DNA from: Chlorobiota bacterium
GTDB lineage: Bacteria; Bacteroidota; Bacteroidia; JAADEI01
Direction: 5' to 3'
Length of the DNA stretch: 64,000 nucleotides
NCBI GenBank assembly: GCA_013153515.1
Contig: JAADEI010000102.1
Span: forward strand, 2,721 to 66,720
Shown here: positions 21,444 through 30,975 of the stretch, in pieces
Numbering within the stretch: the first letter of the stretch is position 1
How the letters are laid out: every line of letters begins with the position of its first letter
The notes under the pieces: generated by a model
What the model was told of the DNA's origin: nothing
What the model saw: only the letters and a program-made list of their open reading frames with translations
Database searches by the model: none
Made by a program: the position numbers and the translations under genes

Positions 21444-23210
21444 ATGAAGAGGGTTACTGAAAAAATGTTGTTGTTATTAATGGGCATTGGGGTCGTCAAT
21501 ATGGAGGCACAAAAAGTTGGTGTTGGAACCACTCAGCCTCAGGCAGCTTTGCATGTCAGTCATCAATCAGTCTTAATATATCCCGCTCTTATGAACACAA
21601 TAGACGGAGATACTGTTTTTATGGTTTCGTCAGATAAAAGAGTTGGTGTGGGGACAGGAAGTCCAACCCAGCGGTTGCACGTGAAAGGGAATGTAATGTT
21701 GGAAGGTGCTTTAATGCCATCAGGCAACGCAGGTAACTCGGGCCAAGTGTTAATATCTCAAGGAAGCAATGTCCCACCAATGTGGGTAGATCCGCTATCC
21801 ATCGGCGATAATTGGGGCAGTCAAGTGGCAGTGACTATATCCCCGGTAGTGGGTGATGGAACAACGACTAATCCAATCACACTACAGTCAGGGAATAATG
21901 TGGGAGATGTCCTTGTTTGGGATGGAACCCAATGGCTAATTCAACAACCAGGTTCCTCCTCGGGAATAGCCTCATTGTGCAATAACCCATCAATAAATAT
22001 GGTCCAGAAATGGACTGGTGCTGACCTGTGCAATTCAATAATTTATGACGATGGCACGAATGTGGGAATAGGAATAACCACACCAGGCGAAAAATTAGAT
22101 GTTGCCGGAAACATTCAATTCAGTGGTGCATTGATGCCCGGGGGGAGTGCAGGCAGTGTGGGGCAAGTTCTCGTTTCACAAGGTCCCGGTGTTGCTCCGC
22201 AATGGCGCAATGCCACATCAGTAGGTGGAGATAATTGGGGCAGTCAAGTGGCTCAAACCTCTACGCCGATAGTTGGTGATGGCACCTCCTCCAACCCTAT
22301 ATCTATCCAAAGTGGGACCGCGAATGGGGACCTGCTTATATGGAATGGTTCATCGTGGCAAATAGGACAGCCCAGCCCATCAAATGGAATAAGTCCCATA
22401 TGTTCTGCTCCAGCAACTAATATAATTCAGAAATGGACAGGTTCACGATTGTGCAATTCCAAAATTTATGATAATGGGACAAGCATTGGAATCAATACTA
22501 CAACGCCTTCACCATCTGCAATCCTGGACATCAATTCAACCAATCAGGGTGTTTTGTTTCCTCGGGTCACCCTTAATGCAGCCAATAACCCAGCTCCTGT
22601 GACCTCACCGGCAACAGGACTTATGGTATACAATACCGCTACTGCCGGGACAGGTAATAATGCCGTCTCGCCGGGATATTACTATTGGGATGGTAGCAGA
22701 TGGACGAGACTGCAGACAAATGCTTATGCAGGAGCCATATTTGGTGTACATCATGGAAATAACAGTTATGTAATGACTACTCAATGGACAGACTGGGAAT
22801 GTACAGGGGCATATATTGACCTTCCTGAAGGAAAGTGGATTGTTTATATAACGGAAATTATACGTTTTCATTCTGGTGGAAGTTCTGCTATCGCCCCGTG
22901 TGCCGTGTGGGTGAGAACAACTTTGGGTGATGGGACGTGCACACAAGGAACAGTGTCGACCGGCTCCCCAACATCATTGGATATCATTGGCTCTAAATTG
23001 GCTTCCGGAGCTATAGGAAACGATTTTCCATTTTCACTAGTCACAGGACAAATAATTATAGCAAATAAAAGCGGTGGGGTTAAAAGATATTCTCTCTGGG
23101 CTCAATATGAACCTTCGCCCACTTGCCCCAGCTTCTCCGCTTCAGATGGATTGGATCGGTTCGCCGGACCATGGGGTGAAAATCAGTTATTTGCAATTCC
23201 TGCTCAATAA
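21444..23210 (+). CDS. secreted repeat protein with tail-fibre-like VGIGTTxP...LHV/LDV repeats and a unique Cys-containing C-terminal domain
   Basis: 588 aa with a signal peptide. Two tandem 141-aa repeats (aa 67-206 and 207-347) plus partial copies. The GVLFPRVT / MVYNT / YYWDG motifs precede a roughly 170-aa unknown C-terminal domain. Confidence 0.6.
   Translation: MKRVTEKMLLLLMGIGVVNMEAQKVGVGTTQPQAALHVSHQSVLIYPALMNTIDGDTVFMVSSDKRVGVGTGSPTQRLHVKGNVMLEGALMPSGNAGNSGQVLISQGSNVPPMWVDPLSIGDNWGSQVAVTISPVVGDGTTTNPITLQSGNNVGDVLVWDGTQWLIQQPGSSSGIASLCNNPSINMVQKWTGADLCNSIIYDDGTNVGIGITTPGEKLDVAGNIQFSGALMPGGSAGSVGQVLVSQGPGVAPQWRNATSVGGDNWGSQVAQTSTPIVGDGTSSNPISIQSGTANGDLLIWNGSSWQIGQPSPSNGISPICSAPATNIIQKWTGSRLCNSKIYDNGTSIGINTTTPSPSAILDINSTNQGVLFPRVTLNAANNPAPVTSPATGLMVYNTATAGTGNNAVSPGYYYWDGSRWTRLQTNAYAGAIFGVHHGNNSYVMTTQWTDWECTGAYIDLPEGKWIVYITEIIRFHSGGSSAIAPCAVWVRTTLGDGTCTQGTVSTGSPTSLDIIGSKLASGAIGNDFPFSLVTGQIIIANKSGGVKRYSLWAQYEPSPTCPSFSASDGLDRFAGPWGENQLFAIPAQ
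21642..22484 (+). repeat. intragenic tandem duplication, 2 x about 423 bp (diverged)
   Basis: An identical 23-mer gataattggggcagtcaagtggc occurs at 21807-21829 and 22230-22252, 423 bp apart. The protein repeats are about 60 percent identical. Confidence 0.7.
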
Positions 23211-23327
23211 AAATTTGGCTTTTACATTAAAACAAATATGAGGGAACTAATTTATAATTAATTTCTGTTTTCATAGGCGCAAACCTCTATCTATAGAACT
23301 AAAAAAGTTCTATGGGTACGCTAGCGT

Positions 23328-24596
23328 TTGTGCATAAAAAATAATGCAATGAGAGCTAATGACACCTCTGAGTTGTTGCGTTACTTTGCTCAGGCAATTA
23401 AAGATGCAAAATCATTTCTATGGTTGAACTATGAAAGATTAGGCATAGAAATTATTAGGGAATTTATTCCGGAAGGACTCCCAGAGAAAAAATTAGATAA
23501 ACTTATAAGCAAGTTCCCAATGGAAATCCCTGAGCTGAGGACACTTTTTAAGACCGTTGAAAAGGTTGAATTGGAATGGAATCTAAAAGACTTTATTGAT
23601 AGGTTTTCATCAATCGGTAAAATTGATATTCCTGACCTGTCAGTGATGACTAAAAACATAAATGATAATTCGGAGTATTATTGGATATTAGATATAGAAA
23701 GCAAAACAGGGGAATTAAAATTCTATAGTGATTTGGACATTAGTAAGAAAGACCTGAAAGAATTTAAGAAAACCCTTCCCAAAATCTATTACTTTGACGT
23801 GTTTGCCGATGCAGATGCATATACTGTGCTATGGTTCAATGAAGACAAATATGGATTGGCAATAGTGACCGACCAAGGTTCAAAATTGGAAATCCTTCCG
23901 TGGTCAATAGCAGAGTATTTGACCTATCTTGTTCAGACATTGGGACTGCGATATTGGCAAGAGATTTTTCTGAAAAGGTGTGAGGAAGGCGATTTCACAT
24001 GTTTGATTAAGGAAGTTCTGAAAGATTATGATTATACTAAAGAAAACGAAGAGTCACTATTAAAGCTATTTGAAGAATATCACCAGATTGTGGGGCATGT
24101 GCCTTCTGTTTTATTGAAATCATACATTAACCTTTTTGGAAAAACAGAAAATTTAGATAAGGTAAGGGAGTTAGTGGAAAGGGAAGGGGCGGATCCTAAT
24201 GTTCGCTTTGGGGATTTCAATACCCCTCTTACAAGGGCAGCTAGGGTCAACGACTTTGCTTTGATTAATTTGCTATTAGACCTTGGTGCAAATCCTGATT
24301 TGAGAAATGCAGAGGGGCAGTCCCCTCTAGATATTTTATTGAATCGTTCCAAAATAGATGTTCCTACATTAATTCGGTTAGTAAAGGGAGGGGCGTCCTT
24401 AACTCCTGAAAATGTGTCTGAAATATTGTCCAAGAAGGTCATCACCAGAAAGAAATATGCAGAAAATCCAGATATGAAAATTCTCATTGAAAAAATGATT
24501 GAGTTAGGGGAGAATTTAGATGAACTGATAGAGGCAATAAGGAAAATCAAAGATGAGGATCTCTTGAGCAAGGCAGAAGCGAGGAAGAAAAATTAA
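23328..24596 (+). CDS. cytoplasmic ankyrin-repeat protein with unknown N-terminal domain
   Basis: 422 aa with no signal peptide. The C-terminal third has ankyrin repeats (TPLTRAARVNDFALINLLLDLGANPDLRNAEGQSPLDILL). The real start may be the Met at 23349. Confidence 0.6.
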   Translation: MCIKNNAMRANDTSELLRYFAQAIKDAKSFLWLNYERLGIEIIREFIPEGLPEKKLDKLISKFPMEIPELRTLFKTVEKVELEWNLKDFIDRFSSIGKIDIPDLSVMTKNINDNSEYYWILDIESKTGELKFYSDLDISKKDLKEFKKTLPKIYYFDVFADADAYTVLWFNEDKYGLAIVTDQGSKLEILPWSIAEYLTYLVQTLGLRYWQEIFLKRCEEGDFTCLIKEVLKDYDYTKENEESLLKLFEEYHQIVGHVPSVLLKSYINLFGKTENLDKVRELVEREGADPNVRFGDFNTPLTRAARVNDFALINLLLDLGANPDLRNAEGQSPLDILLNRSKIDVPTLIRLVKGGASLTPENVSEILSKKVITRKKYAENPDMKILIEKMIELGENLDELIEAIRKIKDEDLLSKAEARKKN

Positions 24597-24813
24597 ATAG
24601 GTAGGCATATATAAATACTGTGATTTTTGCTATTACCTTTTAAGCTGCTTTATAAAAGCATTCCTGAAAGAACTCTAAATCAAAATTATTGGTATCTTCA
24701 TTGATGATTAATTAGCTGTTGCGCATTCCTTTAATAAAGACTATGCTAGATTATTTTCTATTAGATTTTAATGCTTGATAACAAGCTATTCTATTCACAA
24801 TAAACAGCTTGCA

Positions 24814-24821
24814 TAACTTTG
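24814..24821 (+). promoter_or_regulatory. -7 promoter element TAACTTTG placed for a leaderless or near-leaderless DUF1599 transcript
   Basis: Exact TAnnTTTG ending about 6 nt before the ATG at 24827. Confidence 0.35.
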
Positions 24822-24826
24822 CTCTT

Positions 24827-25369
24827 ATGATAAGAGATGTTGAGGGTGTTTTATCTACTGCTAAGGAAATTTTTAAAGCCAAATTGCGGGACTATGGTAT
24901 GGCATGGATTATTCTGAGACCAACAACCTTACTTGACCTGTTGTTTATAAAAGCCCACAGAATTAGAACCATTGAGGAAAAGGGAAAGCAAGAAGTGCCT
25001 GATTCCATTGAAGACGATTTCATAGGTATTATTAATTACTCAATAATGACGCTCATGAAACTTGAATGTTCAGACCTATCTCTAAATTCTTCCAAGGAAA
25101 CAGTACTTGACTGTTATTCAAAAATCACTGCAAAAGTTATTGATTTACTCAATAAAAAGAATTCAGATTATGGAGATGCTTGGAAATTAATGCTTCCAAC
25201 CTCATTCACAGACATAATCCTTATGAAGATATTGCGTTTAAGAAGTGAGATAGAGAAAAAGGGGCTTACGAAAGAAATCGCAGAAGCACACTTGTTCGAC
25301 GTAATTAATTACTCAATATTTGCTATTTTAACGCACAAAAAACAGGACGGAAACAATAAGAATCCATAA
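24827..25369 (+). CDS. DUF1599-like protein (two internal repeats)
   Basis: The track start at 24809 is a TTG; the first ATG is at 24827 (MIRDVEG...). Two repeats: RPTTLLDLLFIKAHRIRTIEEKG and LPTSFTDIILMKILRLRSEIEKKG. Confidence 0.5.
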   Translation: MIRDVEGVLSTAKEIFKAKLRDYGMAWIILRPTTLLDLLFIKAHRIRTIEEKGKQEVPDSIEDDFIGIINYSIMTLMKLECSDLSLNSSKETVLDCYSKITAKVIDLLNKKNSDYGDAWKLMLPTSFTDIILMKILRLRSEIEKKGLTKEIAEAHLFDVINYSIFAILTHKKQDGNNKNP

Positions 25370-25380
25370 GATTAAGAAGC

Positions 25381-26571
25381 ATGGGCAAAGCAACAAAGAT
25401 ATTGGTTGACATAGTGAGGTTTGCCGTTGGAGTCCTATTCATCTTCTCGGGAATGATTAAGCTGGTTGACCCTCTCGGCACCGCATATAAATTAGAAGAG
25501 TATTTTGAAGTCTTTCGTCTGCCCGAATTCTTTAATAACCTGTCTCTGTTTTTGAGCATAGCTTTCTCTTCCGCCGAGGTTTCCTTAGGGGTTGCGTTGA
25601 TTGTTGGCTGGATGCCCACACTGACCACCATCGCCCTCTTGGGACTCATCATATTTTTCACCTTCCTAACAGGATATTCTGCAATAACAGGGGCTGTTAC
25701 GGATTGTGGTTGTTTCGGTGACTTCATTAAACTAACACCATGGCAATCGTTCTACAAGGACATCGTGCTCACAGTGTTAATACTATTCCTGTTCATTAAT
25801 AGAAAACATATTAGTCCGGGGGGCAAAGTGGCTACTGTCCTCACGGGGATAGCAACAGTTTTTGCCGTGTTGTTTGGCATATGGAATTATCTCACTCTGC
25901 CACTGATTGACTTCCGTCCATATAAAGCGGGGAATAATATCTGGGAGTTAATGCAGGTTCCACCGGGGGCACCTCAGGATGTTTATGAAACAATCCTTGT
26001 GTATAGGAACAAACAGACAGGCGACGTGGTTGAAATGACTTCGTCAGAGTTTGTGTCCCGCTATCAGGAATTCCAAGACACTACGGTATGGGAGTTCGTG
26101 AGTTCTGAGTCCAAACTCGTCCAAAAGGGGTACACCCCACCAATCCACGATTTTGTCCTGCTTGACTCCTCAGGAAATGATGTGACGGCAGAAGTGCTCA
26201 ATCAGTCGGGAACATACCTGTTCGTAATAGTTTATCCTTCAAGATTTTCTGAGAGGGGCTTAAAGGAAGTTGTTGAAGAATTAAAAGATTCTGAGTTGCC
26301 AGTGTTTGTCCTAACAGCTTTTCCATCTAATGAATGGGAGAACATTAAACAAGAAGTTGGAGTACCGGCTCTTTGGAAAACCCTCTATGTTGATGCCACT
26401 GCCTTGAAAACTTTCATCCGTTCCAGTCCAGGAGTTGTTCTCATGAACGGACCGGTGGTGGTGGACAAGTGGCATTGGAGGACCTTCTCAAAAGAGGACT
26501 TACGGGAAAGTCTTTCTAAAATTGAAACAATTGAGCCAGACCACAATTCAGACCTAAATACATCAGTGTAG
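25381..26571 (+). CDS. DoxX-like integral membrane protein with C-terminal soluble domain
   Basis: 396 aa. Four N-terminal TM helices of DoxX type (VRFAVGVLFIFSGMIKL) and a 200-aa C-terminal domain. Confidence 0.5.
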   Translation: MGKATKILVDIVRFAVGVLFIFSGMIKLVDPLGTAYKLEEYFEVFRLPEFFNNLSLFLSIAFSSAEVSLGVALIVGWMPTLTTIALLGLIIFFTFLTGYSAITGAVTDCGCFGDFIKLTPWQSFYKDIVLTVLILFLFINRKHISPGGKVATVLTGIATVFAVLFGIWNYLTLPLIDFRPYKAGNNIWELMQVPPGAPQDVYETILVYRNKQTGDVVEMTSSEFVSRYQEFQDTTVWEFVSSESKLVQKGYTPPIHDFVLLDSSGNDVTAEVLNQSGTYLFVIVYPSRFSERGLKEVVEELKDSELPVFVLTAFPSNEWENIKQEVGVPALWKTLYVDATALKTFIRSSPGVVLMNGPVVVDKWHWRTFSKEDLRESLSKIETIEPDHNSDLNTSV

Positions 26572-26573
26572 CA

Positions 26574-27626
26574 ATGGTGAGATACATTATAAAAAGGCTT
26601 TTATATGGAATTCTTGTTTGGCTTGGGGTCGTGGTCGTCATATTTATTCTTTTCCAGATATTGCCTGGAGACCCTTCACGATTGATTGTTGGACAGAGAG
26701 CAGATGCCGAAACAATAGAGCGAATCAAGAGGGAGCTCGGCTTAGACCAACCAGTATATATCCAATTCATGAGATATTTAAATGATGTTTCACCTGTTTC
26801 GGTTCACAAAAAAGATAAAATTAAAAAATATGATGTCTTGTTGAAACTTTATGAAGGGGAAGAGACCTTGGCAGTAATCAAACTGCCCTATTTAGGAAGG
26901 TCCTATCACACAAGACGGGATGTCTGGAGCATTATCTGGGACGCTTTCCCAAACACTGCCGCCCTCGCTTTCTCTGCTCTACTTCTTGCCATAGTGTTCG
27001 GAATCTTTTTCGGGGCAATAGCGGCAATCAGGCATGGCTCGTGGATAGATGCATTCATCTCTTCTCTGTCCACTCTGGGAATTTCAACGCCCTCATTCTT
27101 TGCAGGACTCATTATCGCTTGGCTCTTCGGCTTCCTCCTCGCTGAATACACTGGTTTGCCTATGGCTGGCTCCCTCTTTGAAATAGACCCATACAAAGGA
27201 AAGGTTCTTAGGCTTGAAAACCTAATCCTCCCTGCCTTCACCTTGGGAATCCGTCCAATGGCAATGATTACTCAGATGACCAGATCAGCAATGCTAGACA
27301 TTATGCAAGAACAATTCGTTATTACAGGTTATGCCAAGGGACTGCCTGCGTGGAAAGTTACAATCTTTTATGTTCTAAGAAATGCTCTAAATCCGGTTGT
27401 TACAATTACAAGCAGTTGGTTGGCATACCTGCTCACAGGAGCCTTCTTTATTGAATATATATTCTCTTGGAAAGGCATTGGATTGCTAGCTGTCAAAGCT
27501 CTTCAAAATATGGACTTTCCAGTGGTGATGGGGGTCGCCCTATTCTCCGCTTCCCTATTCGTTATTATCAACATACTGACAGACATTGCTTATGGATTGC
27601 TTGACCCTCGGGTCTCACTTAAATAA
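26574..27626 (+). CDS. ABC transporter permease, DppB/OppB (binding-protein-dependent) family
   Basis: 350 aa with six TM segments and the EAA-like loop region. No ATPase or second permease nearby. Confidence 0.75.
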   Translation: MVRYIIKRLLYGILVWLGVVVVIFILFQILPGDPSRLIVGQRADAETIERIKRELGLDQPVYIQFMRYLNDVSPVSVHKKDKIKKYDVLLKLYEGEETLAVIKLPYLGRSYHTRRDVWSIIWDAFPNTAALAFSALLLAIVFGIFFGAIAAIRHGSWIDAFISSLSTLGISTPSFFAGLIIAWLFGFLLAEYTGLPMAGSLFEIDPYKGKVLRLENLILPAFTLGIRPMAMITQMTRSAMLDIMQEQFVITGYAKGLPAWKVTIFYVLRNALNPVVTITSSWLAYLLTGAFFIEYIFSWKGIGLLAVKALQNMDFPVVMGVALFSASLFVIINILTDIAYGLLDPRVSLK

Positions 27627-27655
27627 TTGAGGATTATAACTAAACACAGGATGAG

Positions 27656-28393
27656 ATGATGGAGAAAGGACAATACATCTACGGAGTCAGACCCATTGAG
27701 GAAGCCGTCAGGGCAGGCAAACCCATAGAAAAGGTTTGGGTTCAAGCAGGGAAGCGACTTCCTTCCGCAGTCAATCAATTGCGTAAACAAGGAGTCCCAG
27801 TGCAATATGTCCCACCAAGATGGTTTAGAAAATGGAATAGGGTGAATCATCAAGGGATTGTGGCTTTAATAGCACCGCTTAAATATCAACCATTGGAGGA
27901 TGTGCTGGATATGATGCTTGAACAAGGCAACTCAATAGGGATTGTCTTAGATGGGGTTAGCGACGTTAGAAACGTGGGGTCCATAGCCAGAAGTACATAT
28001 GCTTTAGGGGGCGCCGCTTTGTTCCTACCACAGAAGGAAGGGGCATTGCTCTCAGAAGAAGCGGTTAAGGCATCCGCAGGAGCACTACTTCATTTGCCTG
28101 TGTCCAGATACCCCTCGCCCCAAAAACTTATCCAATTGTCCGAAGAGAGAGGAATTAACATTGCGATTACTACCGTGGACACTATGTCCGAACCTATTTA
28201 CAGGGTTCGCTTTGAAGGACCATGGTTGGTAGTGATGGGAGATGAACATCGGGGAGTCAGACCCGCTTTCCTTAACAAGGTGGAGCGAAAAATTACTATT
28301 CCAATGAAGAATCTGGATTCTTTAAACGTTGCCAATGCCACAAGCGTTATTCTATATGAATGGTTAAGGCAACAACTACAAGAAGACAAATGA
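27656..28393 (+). CDS. rlmB: TrmH/SpoU-family RNA 2'-O-methyltransferase (RlmB-like)
   Basis: 245 aa. SpoU substrate-binding N-domain and SPOUT motifs (IVLDGVSDVRNVGSIARS, GDEHRGV). Stop TGA. Confidence 0.75.
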   Translation: MMEKGQYIYGVRPIEEAVRAGKPIEKVWVQAGKRLPSAVNQLRKQGVPVQYVPPRWFRKWNRVNHQGIVALIAPLKYQPLEDVLDMMLEQGNSIGIVLDGVSDVRNVGSIARSTYALGGAALFLPQKEGALLSEEAVKASAGALLHLPVSRYPSPQKLIQLSEERGINIAITTVDTMSEPIYRVRFEGPWLVVMGDEHRGVRPAFLNKVERKITIPMKNLDSLNVANATSVILYEWLRQQLQEDK

Positions 28394-28429
28394 GAACAAA
28401 TAGAGAAATCAAAATGCCTTAATTTTGCA

Positions 28430-29422
28430 GTGAAAAATAGTTGTGGAAAAGTGGCGAATTATAAACTGAATAGAGAAACACTAAGATTCGAAGAGGAAGA
28501 TAGCATTCTTAAAAAAATAGCACTTTATGGCACCCTTTCCTTCCTTCTGTTCACCGCAGGGTTCGGCGTTGGATACTACATTTTCACCCATTCCGGATGG
28601 TTTGAATCATCAAGAGAAAAGCAACTAAGGGGGCAATTGGAAAGGATCATTGCTAAATATGAAGAATTAAGCAAAGAGGTGGAGTATCTTAATGCCCAAA
28701 TGTCTGACCTCGCCTTTAAAGATGATAGCATCTATAGGGTGATTTTTGGTGTTTCGCCAGTGGATGCTACACTTAGGGAAGGTGCTTACGGTGGTGTTGA
28801 ATATGCTCGGGACGTCCTTGATATGCCCAACAATGAAATGATCGCTTCTATTGAGCAGAAGGTGAGCCATTTGAAAAGGCAGGTTGCCGTCCAACAAAAG
28901 TCCTTTGACGAATTGCTACGACAGGCTCAGAAATGGCGGGAATACTGGGAGCACGTGCCCGCTATCCAACCCGTCGATAATAAACACCTTAGGAGGTTGG
29001 CTTCCGGATTCGGCTATAGGATAGATCCAATTTATAAAGTGAGGAAATTTCACGAAGGACTAGACTTCTCCGCACCAATCGGAACACCTGTATATGCTAC
29101 GGGAGATGGTGTAGTGGAAAAAGTTAAACGTTCCAGAAGGGGATATGGCAACCACATAATTATTAACCATGGCTTCGGATACAAAACTTTATATGCCCAT
29201 ATGAGTAAAATACTTGTCAAACCGGGAGAGAAAGTTAAGCGTGGACAGATAATCGGATATGTTGGAAACACAGGGAAGTCAACAGCACCACACCTTCACT
29301 ATGAAGTGTGGAAAAACGACAAGAAAGTTAATCCTATTAACTACTTTTTTAATGATTTGACCATCGAACAATACAGTGAAATTGTCAGGAGAGCAAATAG
29401 CAGTAAGTATTCCCTTGATTAA
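28430..29422 (+). CDS. M23 family metallopeptidase (membrane-anchored, coiled-coil linker)
   Basis: 330 aa. TM segment, coiled coil and a C-terminal LytM domain (GLDFSAPIGTPVYATGDGVV...GNHIIINHGFGYKTLYAHM...HLHYEV). The track start is GTG. Confidence 0.85.
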   Translation: MKNSCGKVANYKLNRETLRFEEEDSILKKIALYGTLSFLLFTAGFGVGYYIFTHSGWFESSREKQLRGQLERIIAKYEELSKEVEYLNAQMSDLAFKDDSIYRVIFGVSPVDATLREGAYGGVEYARDVLDMPNNEMIASIEQKVSHLKRQVAVQQKSFDELLRQAQKWREYWEHVPAIQPVDNKHLRRLASGFGYRIDPIYKVRKFHEGLDFSAPIGTPVYATGDGVVEKVKRSRRGYGNHIIINHGFGYKTLYAHMSKILVKPGEKVKRGQIIGYVGNTGKSTAPHLHYEVWKNDKKVNPINYFFNDLTIEQYSEIVRRANSSKYSLD

Positions 29423-29436
29423 TAGCTAAGAATTTT

Positions 29437-30975
29437 ATGAGACCGCAGGTGTTAGTTGTTGATTTCGGCTCTCAATACACCCAGTTAATAGTCAGACGAG
29501 TCAGGGAAAATAATGTATATGCAGAACTTGTGTTACCAGAAAATATAAATCATTACCTTGAAAACGATAATTTGAAAGGGATAATTCTTTCAGGAAGCCC
29601 GTTCTCTGTGTATGATAAAGATGCACCGATTGTTAACACTAAGCAACTTGCTGAACAATTCCCTGTTTTGGGAATATGCTATGGTGCACAGCTAATAGCC
29701 TTTCAGTGGGGAGGGGTTGTTGGGAGGGGAGACACCAGAGAGTTCGGTCCAAGCATTATTAAGCAATTTGAGAAACAAGACCCATTTATTCATGGGATTC
29801 CTTTGCCATGGAAAGTTTGGATGTCTCATAGCGACGCCATAAAAAAACTTCCTGAAGGCTTTGAAGCTCTTGCCTACACCGAAAACGATATCCTCGCTAT
29901 ATTCAAACACAAGGATAAGGCTATATATGGAGTTCAATTTCATCCGGAAGTTGTTCACACTGAACACGGCTCCCATCTGCTCGCTCGGTTCCTTTTTGAC
30001 GTGTGTGGATGCGAACCAACATGGACACCTGCCGAATTCGTACAGGAACAAGAGGAGATAATAAGGAATCTGGTTGGTCCCGATGAACATGTTGTTATGG
30101 CGGTGTCCGGAGGAGTGGATTCATCAGTGGCTGCAACTATAATCCACCGGGCAGTGGGGCACAGATTCCATGGATTCTTTGTAGACACAGGCTTGATGAG
30201 GAAAGGCGAACCCACTGAAATAATTGAAGCATATAAACACATCGGACTTCCTGTTGAATTAATTGATGCGAGCAATGAGTTCCTCTCTGCATTACAGGAC
30301 GTTACAGACCCAGAGCAGAAACGCCGAATTATAGGACACAAATTTATTGAAGTCTTTGAACGGGAGGCAAGAAAGATAAAAGGGGCTAAGTGGTTAGGAC
30401 AGGGAACCATTTATCCTGATGTTATTGAATCAGCTGCTTCCGAAAGCAAGGCAGATAAAATAAAGTCTCACCATAATGTTGGGGGTTTACCAGAGAAGAT
30501 GAACCTCAGGCTTATTGAACCTTTGCGATTCCTGTTTAAGGACGAAGTGAGGAAAGTGGGTGAATATCTTGGACTTCCAGACACCATTTTGAAAAGGCAT
30601 CCATTCCCCGGTCCCGGACTGGCAATTAGAATAATCGGGGAAATAACTCCAGAGAAAGTTAAACTTCTTCAAGAGGCAGATGCCATATTCATTCAAATGC
30701 TCAGGGAACATGGGCTTTATGATTACGTATGGCAGGCAGGAGTCATATTATTACCAGTTAAGACAGTGGGCGTAATGGGAGATTCCAGAACATATCAATA
30801 TGCTGTTGCTCTGCGGGCTGTACTTTCAACAGATGGGATGACTGCCGACTGGGCTCGCCTACCTCACGAATTCCTTGCTCACGTCTCAAACCGCATAATA
30901 AATGAAATAGAAGGCATTAACAGAGTCGTTTATGATATAACTTCTAAACCACCGGGAACAATAGAATGGGAATGA
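29437..30975 (+). CDS. guaA: GMP synthase (glutamine-hydrolysing)
   Basis: 512 aa. GATase (GICYGAQL) plus the ATP-PPase SGGVDSSV motif and the C-terminal dimerisation domain. Confidence 0.95.
   Translation: MRPQVLVVDFGSQYTQLIVRRVRENNVYAELVLPENINHYLENDNLKGIILSGSPFSVYDKDAPIVNTKQLAEQFPVLGICYGAQLIAFQWGGVVGRGDTREFGPSIIKQFEKQDPFIHGIPLPWKVWMSHSDAIKKLPEGFEALAYTENDILAIFKHKDKAIYGVQFHPEVVHTEHGSHLLARFLFDVCGCEPTWTPAEFVQEQEEIIRNLVGPDEHVVMAVSGGVDSSVAATIIHRAVGHRFHGFFVDTGLMRKGEPTEIIEAYKHIGLPVELIDASNEFLSALQDVTDPEQKRRIIGHKFIEVFEREARKIKGAKWLGQGTIYPDVIESAASESKADKIKSHHNVGGLPEKMNLRLIEPLRFLFKDEVRKVGEYLGLPDTILKRHPFPGPGLAIRIIGEITPEKVKLLQEADAIFIQMLREHGLYDYVWQAGVILLPVKTVGVMGDSRTYQYAVALRAVLSTDGMTADWARLPHEFLAHVSNRIINEIEGINRVVYDITSKPPGTIEWE

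Noticed and set aside
28420-28451. An alternative downstream start for the M23 peptidase, implied by a -7 box only 2 nt before the GTG start
   Set aside because: There is no in-frame ATG for about 90 codons and the N-terminus matters little for the call. The GTG at 28430 (or the GTG at 28451) remains plausible, so I left the track coordinates.
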